Source: Escherichia phage vB_EcoM-Ro157c2YLVW. From it: a stretch of DNA of 64,000 bases. This document shows positions 21,838 to 30,369 of the stretch, one piece after another. The stretch's first letter is position 1; every line of letters starts with the position of its first letter. Made by a program: the position numbers and the translations under genes. The stretch lies in the sequence record NC_050153.1. One strand, 5' to 3'. The notes below the pieces were generated by a model. It was given only the letters and a program-made list of their open reading frames with translations, was not told where the DNA came from and made no database searches.

Positions 21838-22485
21838 TCACCATTCATAGGGTAAATTAAGCGCTTTTAAACCTTGCTGGAAAGTATTAAGAGATCCGTT
21901 TTTTTGTTGTTCCATTTTTTCGCGTGCAGCTTTCTCATACTGCTCCATCCGTTGGTTATACTCTTGCAATTCCTCCGGGGAGAGGTTTCCCATTGGGGAG
22001 TTTGTACCCGGCCCCCTGGCCCGTTCTTCAAGCGTACCCTGAACGTTTTGATGGCGCATTCCCGGTGAGTTTCTGATTGAATCAATGCCATTTCTTCCAA
22101 CGTCTTCTTTATTAACGGCATTGCTCGCCACCAGCACACCCCAGCTAGGAATAGCAAAATCAGGAGCGGTTTCGCATGCCTTTACCATATAATCGAAAGA
22201 GCTTCGATTGATCTCGTTTGCGTCGGGATTTAACAGGCGAGAATATTGATATTTAGCATTTTCGTTGGTTGCGACTTTATACAGTTCTTGCTGCACCATC
22301 GCTTCAGAAAGTTTAAGGCGTTTCATATCTGACAGTAACTTCTTGCGCATGGATTCGTCTTGACTGACAGCAAAGCCGTAAACGTGCCCAAGGTATTTCG
22401 TATAATCGGTACAAATCTCCTTTACGCTTGATGCTGCATTAACAGTCCCAGCCATAAATAATAACGGTAGTAATAGTTTTCTCAT
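21838..22485 (-). CDS. secreted protein carrying a Sit-like motif (candidate superinfection-exclusion, sim-like)
   Basis: Start at MRKLLLPLLFMAGTVNAA (GGTGAGG RBS); segment NAVNKEDVGRNGIDSIRNSPGMRHQNVQGTLEERARGPGT matches Sit ...NAVGVNDLVNKFMNGRGMRREVVQGTLEERARGKGT. Confidence 0.55.
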   Translation of the reverse strand: MRKLLLPLLFMAGTVNAASSVKEICTDYTKYLGHVYGFAVSQDESMRKKLLSDMKRLKLSEAMVQQELYKVATNENAKYQYSRLLNPDANEINRSSFDYMVKACETAPDFAIPSWGVLVASNAVNKEDVGRNGIDSIRNSPGMRHQNVQGTLEERARGPGTNSPMGNLSPEELQEYNQRMEQYEKAAREKMEQQKNGSLNTFQQGLKALNLPYEW

Positions 22486-22581
22486 TATAACCTCACCTGC
22501 CTTATAACTCATTTAGGGTACATATTTTCGCCTTTAAAAAAAAGAGGTTATTAGATCCAGTTGTGTATTTACTAATCAGAT

Positions 22582-22598
22582 AATGCTCTAATAGATTT
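22582..22598 (+). promoter_or_regulatory. repressor operator-like site upstream of immI (AATGCTCTAATAGATTT)
   Basis: 15/17 match to the recurring ATTGCTCTAATAAATTT motif. Confidence 0.45.
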
Positions 22599-22695
22599 GT
22601 ATTTTTAAGTCGCGAATGCTATCTTTTCGCATCATATTGACCTTTTAATCGTTCAGGCTTATAGTTCCGCCGTCGTAGCAAATTCTGCGACCGGG

Positions 22696-22717
22696 TTTAG
22701 CAGCCTGAATGATTGTG
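22696..22717 (+). promoter_or_regulatory. upstream c4 target repeat (a1/b1-like)
   Basis: TTTAGCAG...GATTGTG is complementary to CACAATC and CTGCTAA in the predicted c4 RNA. Confidence 0.5.
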
Positions 22718-22785
22718 CGGACAGCCGCAGATATCCGATATTGCGGTATTTTTGTGTCCGTAAAACCGCGTTACGCCCAAATTAT

Positions 22786-22858
22786 GGTGGGGCGTGATGG
22801 GGAGGCTTCGGCCTGCTGGTTTCACAATCGCCAGTCTGCTAACCCCGTCACGTCCTGC
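22786..22858 (+). ncRNA. c4: c4-like antisense repressor RNA (immI)
   Basis: Structured segment with stem TGATGGGG/CCCCGTCA enclosing single-stranded CACAATC and CTGCTAA, complementary to repeats at 22696-22717 and 22864-22900. Confidence 0.5.
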
Positions 22859-22863
22859 CACCT

Positions 22864-22905
22864 GTTTAGCAGCGGGTAGCAGGTTGTTAAACCTGATTGT
22901 GAGGC
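22864..22905 (+). promoter_or_regulatory. downstream c4 target repeat (a2/b2-like) covering the icd RBS
   Basis: TTTAGCAGCGGG...CCTGATTGTGAGG; the GAGG at 22901-22904 is the RBS for the ATG at 22913. Confidence 0.5.
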
Positions 22906-22912
22906 CGTAACT

Positions 22913-23134
22913 ATGGTTAATGCCAATCCTTGCGCACGCCCAGAATTCATCTGGCGTTTCTATTCCTGTAAAAAACACCACTATCACTTCGTTATCGCAG
23001 CAACTGAAGACGAAGCACGCTCTCAATTGCCTGATGGCCCCTGCATTTTTACTGCCCGTTTTTCAACTGACTCGCGCAATTCACTTAGTTACTGGAGCCT
23101 CCCCTTCTCTGCCAACGTTCAGGGGGGTTTATGA
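22913..23134 (+). CDS. icd: Icd-like small protein, translationally coupled to ant
   Basis: 73-aa ORF; stop overlaps ant start (ATGA at 23131-23134). Confidence 0.6.
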   Translation: MVNANPCARPEFIWRFYSCKKHHYHFVIAATEDEARSQLPDGPCIFTARFSTDSRNSLSYWSLPFSANVQGGL

Positions 23135-24168
23135 AAACACCTCTCGTCACCCGTAATGAAATAGCCGAAGCGATCGCTTTGCATACAACCTGTATGCCGA
23201 CACGGGAGATCCCCGGCGCAATTGCCAACTATTTCATGATAACCAGACGTTTTTATACCCGAACAGATAAGGCTGTGATCAACAGGCTACTGATAGCCGA
23301 GATCAGGGATTATTTGATTGAACAAGGACGTCTACGTTACGCAACAGTGGCAGCAGAAATGAGAAAGGAGGCGCGCAGAATGACCGGTAATAATTTGAAT
23401 GTTGAAAAACCAGCACCTGTTGCTTCAGCTACGCCATCACCAGCAGTGAATGTTATCTCCAACACCGGAGACACAATCGACAGCCTGACACTGTTAAAGA
23501 TGGTCAATGAAGCGCGTAAGTTATGTGGGGAACCAGAGGTTCGGAACAACAAATTCATCGAAAAAATACTCGATGAGCTTGATGGTGAGCACTACACAAA
23601 AAGTGTAGTGGAAAAAATGAACAAAACATCAATGCTTGTCATAACCATGACTTTCAAACAAGCCCTGCGAGTCGCCGCGCGCGAGTCAAAAGCGGTCCGC
23701 CGTTCGCTGATCGACAAACTGGAAGAATTGCAGCAGGCAAACTCCCCTGCCCCATCGATCCCCCAAACATTACCAGAAGCTCTACGCCTGGCTGCCGAGT
23801 TGGCAGAACAGAAAATGCAGCTGGAACAACAGCTGGTGGCCGCAGCCCCTAAAGTCGATTTTGCCGACCGGGTATCAGTGGCTAATGGAATCCTGATCGG
23901 GAACTTTGCAAAGGTCGTTGGACTTAAGCAAAACGCCCTTTTCTCATGGTTGCGCCAGAACGGCATTCTCATGGCTTTTGGTGCGCGCAAAAACGTACCG
24001 CGCCAACAGTACATCAACGCCGGGTATTTCACGGTGAAAGAAGTGGTGCTGGATGATGAAAATGGCTACCAGATACGGCTGACGCCCCAATTAACGGGTA
24101 AAGGCCAGCAGTGGTTAACTCGCAAGCTACTTGATGCTGGTTTGTTAAAACCAGTAGCAATAGGTTAA
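23131..24168 (+). CDS. ant: antirepressor Ant (Ant1, with in-frame internal start for Ant2 at 23380)
   Basis: 345-aa ORF; C-terminal antirepressor domain shared with KilA (...LPEALRLAAELAEQK...GKGQQWL...LLDAGLL); internal ATG 23380 preceded by AAGGAGG. Confidence 0.75.
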   Translation: MKTPLVTRNEIAEAIALHTTCMPTREIPGAIANYFMITRRFYTRTDKAVINRLLIAEIRDYLIEQGRLRYATVAAEMRKEARRMTGNNLNVEKPAPVASATPSPAVNVISNTGDTIDSLTLLKMVNEARKLCGEPEVRNNKFIEKILDELDGEHYTKSVVEKMNKTSMLVITMTFKQALRVAARESKAVRRSLIDKLEELQQANSPAPSIPQTLPEALRLAAELAEQKMQLEQQLVAAAPKVDFADRVSVANGILIGNFAKVVGLKQNALFSWLRQNGILMAFGARKNVPRQQYINAGYFTVKEVVLDDENGYQIRLTPQLTGKGQQWLTRKLLDAGLLKPVAIG

Positions 24169-24245
24169 CAAAAGAAAAAACCTGCCAGCAAACTGGCAGG
24201 TTTCTGAGCAGATCGACCAACCCGATCTGGATCGAGTCAGAAAAA

Positions 24246-24262
24246 TTTGCTCTAATAAATTT
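24246..24262 (+). promoter_or_regulatory. repressor operator-like site upstream of kilA (TTTGCTCTAATAAATTT)
   Basis: 16/17 match to the recurring motif. Confidence 0.55.
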
Positions 24263-24331
24263 CGTTTTCTAAGTGCAAAGAATCACCATTTCGAGCTGGT
24301 GATTGAAGGTTGATGCAAATTTGGAGAAAAA

Positions 24332-25132
24332 ATGCAACAAACATTCAATGCGGATATGAATATATCAAACCTTCATCAAAATGTCGATCCTTCAACCACT
24401 CTGCCTGTTATTTGTGGTGTTGAAATTACGACCGACCGCGCTGGCCGTTACAACCTTAATGCTCTACACAGAGCGAGCGGACTCGGTGCCCATAAAGCGC
24501 CAGCTCAATGGCTAAGAACGCTGTCAGCCAAACAGCTCATCGAAGAGCTTGAAAAAGAAACTATGCAGAATTGCATAGTTTCGTTCGAAGGCCGTGGCGG
24601 CGGCACTTTTGCCCATGAATTGCTCGCTGTGGAGTACGCAGGCTGGATTTCTCCCGCGTTTCGGCTGAAGGTAAACCAGACATTTATCGACTATCGAGCC
24701 GGAAGATTACAACCTGCTATTCCGCAGAGTCTCCCTGAAGCTCTCCGTTTGGCTGCCGACCTGGCAGAGCAAAAGCAACGGCTGGAGCAAAAAATGCTTA
24801 TGGATGCACCTAAAGTCGAATTCGCCGAACGCGTTGCTACCGCCAGCGGAGTTCTAATCGGCAACTATGCCAAAGTGCTCGGCCTGGGCCAAAACTATCT
24901 CTTCACCTGGTTGCGTGATAACGGAATTCTGATCGCAACCGGTGAACGCAGGAACGTCCCCAAACAAGAATACATATCCCGTGGGTATTTCACCCTTAAA
25001 GAAACCGTGATCGATACAAGCAATGGAAGCAGGATTTCTTTCACGACTCGTATAACCGGCAAAGGTCAGCAGTGGCTGATGAAGCGATTGCTTGATGCTG
25101 GTGTGCTGGTACCTGTCGCGGCAACGCGCTAA
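24332..25132 (+). CDS. kilA: KilA (KilA-N DNA-binding domain plus antirepressor-type C-terminal domain)
   Basis: 266-aa ORF; C-terminal 120 aa paralogous to Ant. Confidence 0.7.
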   Translation: MQQTFNADMNISNLHQNVDPSTTLPVICGVEITTDRAGRYNLNALHRASGLGAHKAPAQWLRTLSAKQLIEELEKETMQNCIVSFEGRGGGTFAHELLAVEYAGWISPAFRLKVNQTFIDYRAGRLQPAIPQSLPEALRLAADLAEQKQRLEQKMLMDAPKVEFAERVATASGVLIGNYAKVLGLGQNYLFTWLRDNGILIATGERRNVPKQEYISRGYFTLKETVIDTSNGSRISFTTRITGKGQQWLMKRLLDAGVLVPVAATR

Positions 25133-25161
25133 CAGACGTAGTAAGAACCACCAGCATTGTA

Positions 25162-26007
25162 ATGCTGGCTAAAGTCACTTTCCTGAGCTGTATAACGATG
25201 AGCGATTTTACTTTTTCTGGCTATGAATTGGCCTGCTTTGTAACACACTCCGGTCTATCCCGTAGCGCCGGGCATATCCTGTCGCAATGTGCAAATCTCG
25301 CGGCAACAACCAGTGAATACTTCATTCACAAGCCTCACCGCCTGATCGCGGCAGAAACTGGTTATAGCCAATCAACCGTCGTTCGTGCATTCCGTGAAGC
25401 TGTAAACAAAGGAATCCTGTCTGTAGAGATTGTTATCGGCGATCACCGTGAACGTCGCGCTAACCTGTACCGGTTTACACCATCCTTTTTGGCCTTCGCA
25501 CAACAAGCCAAAAATGCGCTGATTGAAAGCAAATTAAAGATCTCTTCAGCGGCAACCAAGGTTAAAGCTGTTCTCGCTAAGACATTGGCTTTATTTAATT
25601 TTTTATCCACACCCCCATGTCAAAATGATACCCCCTCCCCCTGTCAGGATGACGTGGCAATAAAGAATAAGAAGTCACAAGTTAAAAAAACAAAAAGATC
25701 AGTTTCCGGCGGTGCCGGAACGAGCAGACTCAAAAAATTGACTTCATGGATCGCTGAGGCAAAAGCAAAGGCTGACAATCTGCGGTTATCCAAAAAACGC
25801 GCTCAAAAACATGAGTTCAAGCAGAAAGTAGAGGCGGCAGCGCGGAAATATGCTTACCTGAAGGACAAGCGTTCTCCTGATATTGGCGGGATATCAAACT
25901 TCGATAATCTGCCGCATTGCATGACGGTAAACGAAGCTCTTAATGCGGTTTTAGCCAAAAATAAAGATAACGAACAATGGGGTATACCGGCAGGATTCAG
26001 AGGGTGA
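25162..26007 (+). CDS. repL: RepL-like lytic replication initiator
   Basis: 281-aa ORF directly after kilA; size and position match P1 repL as recalled. Confidence 0.55.
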   Translation: MLAKVTFLSCITMSDFTFSGYELACFVTHSGLSRSAGHILSQCANLAATTSEYFIHKPHRLIAAETGYSQSTVVRAFREAVNKGILSVEIVIGDHRERRANLYRFTPSFLAFAQQAKNALIESKLKISSAATKVKAVLAKTLALFNFLSTPPCQNDTPSPCQDDVAIKNKKSQVKKTKRSVSGGAGTSRLKKLTSWIAEAKAKADNLRLSKKRAQKHEFKQKVEAAARKYAYLKDKRSPDIGGISNFDNLPHCMTVNEALNAVLAKNKDNEQWGIPAGFRG

Positions 26008-26303
26008 TAGATTGCTCTAATCTGGAGTCACCTGGCGTTTTCAGTTTGAGGTCGGAGATGCAATCTGATTTTTTACAGTTAGCGATCGCTTTTGCAGGAT
26101 ATGTTTGTATTGGCTTCTGTGTATACATGATCAGCCGAAAAATGCTTGTCGATATCGACCGCAAAGAACAAGCAGAGGAGATCTTAGTATGGATTTTCTT
26201 TGGCGCGGTCTGGCCATTAGGGATCATGTTTGCTGCAACATTTCTTCTGATGTGGATATTCACCCTTCCAGGTGATTTCTATAGAAAAAAAGCCAGACAT
26301 TGA
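25977..26303 (+). CDS. small membrane protein (two hydrophobic helices)
   Basis: 108-aa ORF overlapping repL end; start uncertain. Confidence 0.4.
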   Translation: MGYTGRIQRVIDCSNLESPGVFSLRSEMQSDFLQLAIAFAGYVCIGFCVYMISRKMLVDIDRKEQAEEILVWIFFGAVWPLGIMFAATFLLMWIFTLPGDFYRKKARH

Positions 26304-26374
26304 TACAATCGTTGCGGGTGCTTGAGGCTATCTGCTTCAGGCATTACCCGAAAAGCAGATAGAAGAAAGCCCCA

Positions 26375-26435
26375 GATAACATTACGCGTCCTGCAAGACG
26401 CTTAACATTAATCTGAGGCCACATCTATGCTTAGC
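26375..26435 (-). ncRNA. Sok-like antisense RNA candidate
   Basis: Minus-strand promoter TTGACC (26466-26471) -18 nt- TAATCT (26442-26447) directs transcription antisense across the mok start/RBS; 3' end not defined. Confidence 0.35.
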
Positions 26436-26633
26436 ATACGTAGATTAGCCTCTTACCGACCAAAAGGTCAAGGAGAAGCAGGCTATGAAGCAGCAAAAAG
26501 CGATGTTAATCGCTCTGATCGTCATCTGTTTAACCGTCATTGTGACGGCACTGGTAACGAGGAAAGACCTCTGCGAGGTACGAATCCGAACCGGCCAGAC
26601 GGAGGTCACTGTCTTCACAGCCTACGAATCTGA
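26427..26633 (+). CDS. mok: Mok-like overlapping reading frame
   Basis: 68-aa frame starting upstream of and overlapping hok in a different frame, the canonical hok/mok arrangement. Confidence 0.45.
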   Translation: MLSIRRLASYRPKGQGEAGYEAAKSDVNRSDRHLFNRHCDGTGNEERPLRGTNPNRPDGGHCLHSLRI

Positions 26634-26640
26634 AAGGTAA
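26485..26640 (+). CDS. hok: Hok/Gef-family type I membrane toxin (51 aa)
   Basis: Below the 60-aa track cutoff: MKQQKAMLIALIVICLTVIVTALVTRKDLCEVRIRTGQTEVTVFTAYESER; AGGAG RBS 9 nt upstream; matches the Hok signature (TM helix then TRKxLCE[IV]R...EVAAF.AYES). Confidence 0.8.
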   Translation: MKQQKAMLIALIVICLTVIVTALVTRKDLCEVRIRTGQTEVTVFTAYESER

Positions 26641-26713
26641 GAGACCTGGCGGGGAGAGATCCCCGCCACTCTTCGTGTGTCAGGTATCCTCAATGCACCC
26701 TTTCCTCTCCAAA

Positions 26714-26741
26714 TAAAAAAGCTCCCGAAGGAGCTTTAAAA
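26714..26741. terminator. bidirectional terminator between hok and the convergent structural operon
   Basis: AAGCTCC-CGAA-GGAGCTT stem flanked by A-run and T/A-run. Confidence 0.6.
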
Positions 26742-26756
26742 TACAAGGGATTACTA

Positions 26757-27266
26757 TTAATCCCACTCAATCCAGTTGTAGACGATACGAAGTGACGGGC
26801 GCACAGCGGCAGTCACATCTTCGGTACTAAAGTCGATTGCATCACTGTAGATTTTGCAGTCCAACATTTCAATTGTTGTAGCAGCTTTTGTCACAGCGTT
26901 AACCCCGGAAGATTTGGATTCAGGGGTAGCAGCCATCGTGATATCAACATAGTCCTTCGCCGCAATGCGATCCTTGATGAACTGAAGAATATCGCCTTCG
27001 ATAGTCTCCACGCACTGGACCTGGATTTCCCCAGAGTTTCGAATTGGTCCGTGCTGGTTGAACTTCACACCATTCGGACCATAGTCCTCCACATCCTCGC
27101 GGGTCATTTCAGGAATTTGCGACGTGCGAACCAGTACGCTGATATCTTCATGGCCTGCAACAGTGAGCTGGAATTCAGAAGATACCAGTCGTTCGCCTTT
27201 GGCCGCGTTGGCAGTATAGCGGCCCTTAATAAATTTACGGTTTCCCTTAGTGTTATTGTGCCCCAT
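26757..27266 (-). CDS. virion structural protein (small)
   Basis: 169-aa ORF at the end of the head/sheath/tube operon. Confidence 0.45.
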   Translation of the reverse strand: MGHNNTKGNRKFIKGRYTANAAKGERLVSSEFQLTVAGHEDISVLVRTSQIPEMTREDVEDYGPNGVKFNQHGPIRNSGEIQVQCVETIEGDILQFIKDRIAAKDYVDITMAATPESKSSGVNAVTKAATTIEMLDCKIYSDAIDFSTEDVTAAVRPSLRIVYNWIEWD

Positions 27267-27277
27267 ATAAAATCCTT

Positions 27278-27859
27278 TTACTGGAACGCCCGAACAATAT
27301 CGGAGCTGTTATATATCGAAGAACCGGTCAACTGGAGGTTGACGGTGTTTTTCAGGAAATGCCCATTGCTGTCCCTGGGCGCATCGAGATCGAAACTTAT
27401 GTCCTGGATAGCGACATCAATGATGTTGATCTGGCGACCAATGTTTAGCGTCACACGCTCCGGGATTCGACCACCAATACTGGCATCTTTAAGTTCCGGG
27501 CTAATCATCGCTGACAATGCGGCGATAGCTCCTGAAACCTCCGTGAATGGATCAAACAAAGCGATGAAAGTTACTGGCAGCGTGAAAGTTGGCGGTGTTC
27601 CCCCCTCCCAAACCATTAAGCTGTTCCAACGGGCCACCGACGTTGTTTCAGTACCAACCTGCGCAAAACCACTGAAGGCACCAGCAACAGACCCCATGGA
27701 CATACCGGTAAACGGCGCTTCCCAATTCTGGGCCATGTTCATTGCTGCCCCCTGGCTGATATATCCGGTAACCTGGTACTGAGAGTTCGTTAAAGTAACT
27801 TTCAGAAATGGCGATACACCGTCAGCCTGGCTGTAAACCCCATAAGGTATAGGTGCCAT
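27278..27859 (-). CDS. tail tube protein candidate
   Basis: 193-aa ORF downstream of the sheath gene. Confidence 0.4.
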   Translation of the reverse strand: MAPIPYGVYSQADGVSPFLKVTLTNSQYQVTGYISQGAAMNMAQNWEAPFTGMSMGSVAGAFSGFAQVGTETTSVARWNSLMVWEGGTPPTFTLPVTFIALFDPFTEVSGAIAALSAMISPELKDASIGGRIPERVTLNIGRQINIIDVAIQDISFDLDAPRDSNGHFLKNTVNLQLTGSSIYNSSDIVRAFQ

Positions 27860-27894
27860 TCAAGTTAAAGGCCGGAGTTCTCCGGCCTCCTCCT

Positions 27895-28710
27895 TTAGCC
27901 AAGGCGCTTACGGCGCAGTTTCATTGACTTTTTGCGGGCAAGTTTTGCCGCACCCGTCTGGGCTTTTCGACGCGCTTTTTTCAGCGCCGATTTTTGAGCC
28001 GCAGTCAGACGTTTTTTACGCAGGCGTTTACGGATGAGTTTGATCTCACCGTTACGAACAACCTTCTTAAATGCTTCAGTCAGCATTTCATCAGAAGTGC
28101 CAGCAACAACAAACGCCGCTTCCAGTTCGTCACGGTCGTCGCTATCTAAACCAGCGATAGAGGCACCAACATCAGCAGCTGCGTCGTCGTCTTCATCGTC
28201 AGCCAGTGCTTCGATCAGGTCATCATCTACACCGCATGCTGCGAGGAAGTCAGCAACATTTGCCCATGCTTCGTTATAGGCATCGTCCTGTTCTTCTTTA
28301 ACTTCGGAGTCGTCGTCATCAGAGATACCAGCGATAGCCTGAACGAAACCATCAAGGGAGTCGAAAGTCAGATCACCGCTATCAGCCCAGGCGAAAACGG
28401 CGTCGGCCGCATCACTCAACGCATTCTGCATAGCACTTCTATTTGCAGCTTCCAGAATCATCTGGTGCGCCTGTTCGACGGTCCATTCTTTACCGTCTTT
28501 CCCTTCCAGGATTTGCTCAGGAGCCGGGGCAGATGGAACGTTATCGTTAGTCTGTGCCGCCGGTTCCGGATTATTATTAATAACCGGATCTGTTGGCTGT
28601 TCGGCGCTTGCTCGGGCAGACTCCATCAGCTGCACAGGATCAGAGTTCAAAGCGAAACGAGACAGTCCATTCCCCAAAAATGCCCCGGATTGAAAAAAGT
28701 TTTTGCTCAT
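27895..28710 (-). CDS. acidic protein with highly basic C-terminal tail (scaffold/internal-protein-like)
   Basis: 271-aa ORF; Asp/Glu runs and C-terminal KLIRKRLRKKRLTAAQKSALKKARRK... Confidence 0.5.
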   Translation of the reverse strand: MSKNFFQSGAFLGNGLSRFALNSDPVQLMESARASAEQPTDPVINNNPEPAAQTNDNVPSAPAPEQILEGKDGKEWTVEQAHQMILEAANRSAMQNALSDAADAVFAWADSGDLTFDSLDGFVQAIAGISDDDDSEVKEEQDDAYNEAWANVADFLAACGVDDDLIEALADDEDDDAAADVGASIAGLDSDDRDELEAAFVVAGTSDEMLTEAFKKVVRNGEIKLIRKRLRKKRLTAAQKSALKKARRKAQTGAAKLARKKSMKLRRKRLG

Positions 28711-28719
28711 TGTATTCCC

Positions 28720-30309
28720 TTACTTAATAAGCAGCGGTACGCCCTGGATACGACGGGCTACGCCAGTCGGGCAGCAGGCCCAGACTACTTCCCATTTATC
28801 GAATTCCGCCTGCGTAACTTTCAGCACATACGGTTCTGTACCGTCAGCATCAGGATCACGAGGAGCCACCAGAGCGCCGGAGGCGACAAAGCGATCTAAA
28901 AGTTTGGTCATCCCTTTAGTCAGGCCAGCCGCAGTAATACCGTCCGGGCTATGCTTCATCTGTCGGGCTAACTGGACAAAGAAACGGCTGATTGCATTCA
29001 TCAGGGATGGGACGTGCTGGAAGTGCAGATAGTTATCCTGCGTGCAGCAAGTTAAAGCATCGTCGATGATCATCTGGCCAGAGGTGCCAACAGATACTTT
29101 ATTGAGACGGCCCTTGACCATTGCTTCTTCGTCCGGGGTATCTTCCGGATACAGCGGTTGAATTGACGCACGAGCAATGACGGCACGTTCTTCACCAGCC
29201 GGTGAGTAATGCCAACCGCCGACATCAGAGTTTTTCTTGACGCCACGAGCTTTCGCCGCATACGCCACGCCAGACAGACCAAAGACCACACGGGATTGGG
29301 TCCATTTGTCTTTGCAGGAGAACGGGTAGTGATAGACAGCACAGCTTACATAATCGGTACCAAGTAAACCGGTATCTTCAACAGCAGAGAGCGCTTCCGT
29401 ATACGTCAATGTCGGTTTGACATCAAAGAAGCCATCAATCAGGCGATCAGAACAGATATTACCTAACGCGGTGATCGCCGCATTGTCATAGCAACCCAGG
29501 CCGAGAACAGCGGTGTACATGTACGGCGCATTGTTCAGCACCTTAACCGCACGCAGGTACGCAGCGGTTGAGATTTTCGACTGATCACCGTTGGTACCAC
29601 CAGTGAACGCCAGCGATTTTTTATTTGTTACTTTCGCCGTCGAAATCAGCTCTTCATTAACAACCGCGCGCAGATATTTAGAACGGGCTTCCAGAGCCGT
29701 AGGCAGATAACACAAGCGGCCCATGTCATCTTTCGCTTCTTCCGCCAAAGACACAGTGTGTGTCTCCAGGGTCGTTACCACGCCGAGCGAAGTCGTCTGG
29801 GTCAGTTTTAAGAGGAAGCGTTCATTACCCGCGCTGTCCGCTGTTGCCGTTTCGATGGTTAACTCACGGGTAGGTGAAATACACGGATCACCATCATCAA
29901 CGTAGATAGCAAAGGCTTCGCCACTATCAAGTTCAATTTCAGAACCGTATGGCAACGCACTGTAAGCCGGTTCGCCTGATTCATCGAACATAATAATCGG
30001 GAACTTCGCATCATCCGGAACAGCACGAACAACATAACCTGACGTTTGCTGAATAGCTTCGTATACATGGCGAATTGGTTCGAACTGTGAGCCGGAAGAC
30101 GGCTTCAGCGGTTCGCCGAGAACATCTTTGTAATTGGACTCAGTAACCGCAAGAACAGTAAACGGCTTGCCACGCGCAAATACGCCAATACCAGCCCACA
30201 AGCTGCTATTTAATGCAACACCGGTAGATAACGTCGCATCGGCATTGATCGGGCTAACCGCGACGCCGGATGCATTACCTAATGACTGTTGAATTGAATA
30301 TTGAGACAT
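28720..30309 (-). CDS. contractile tail sheath protein
   Basis: 529-aa ORF; C-terminal motif GGWHYSPAGEER resembles the sheath W-x-SPAG motif (T4 gp18 WMSPAG). Confidence 0.55.
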   Translation of the reverse strand: MSQYSIQQSLGNASGVAVSPINADATLSTGVALNSSLWAGIGVFARGKPFTVLAVTESNYKDVLGEPLKPSSGSQFEPIRHVYEAIQQTSGYVVRAVPDDAKFPIIMFDESGEPAYSALPYGSEIELDSGEAFAIYVDDGDPCISPTRELTIETATADSAGNERFLLKLTQTTSLGVVTTLETHTVSLAEEAKDDMGRLCYLPTALEARSKYLRAVVNEELISTAKVTNKKSLAFTGGTNGDQSKISTAAYLRAVKVLNNAPYMYTAVLGLGCYDNAAITALGNICSDRLIDGFFDVKPTLTYTEALSAVEDTGLLGTDYVSCAVYHYPFSCKDKWTQSRVVFGLSGVAYAAKARGVKKNSDVGGWHYSPAGEERAVIARASIQPLYPEDTPDEEAMVKGRLNKVSVGTSGQMIIDDALTCCTQDNYLHFQHVPSLMNAISRFFVQLARQMKHSPDGITAAGLTKGMTKLLDRFVASGALVAPRDPDADGTEPYVLKVTQAEFDKWEVVWACCPTGVARRIQGVPLLIK

Positions 30310-30369
30310 AACTTTCCCTGTTATGCGCCCCGCACGGGGGCGCTATGTTAAACGGAGAACTTCCCCTGA

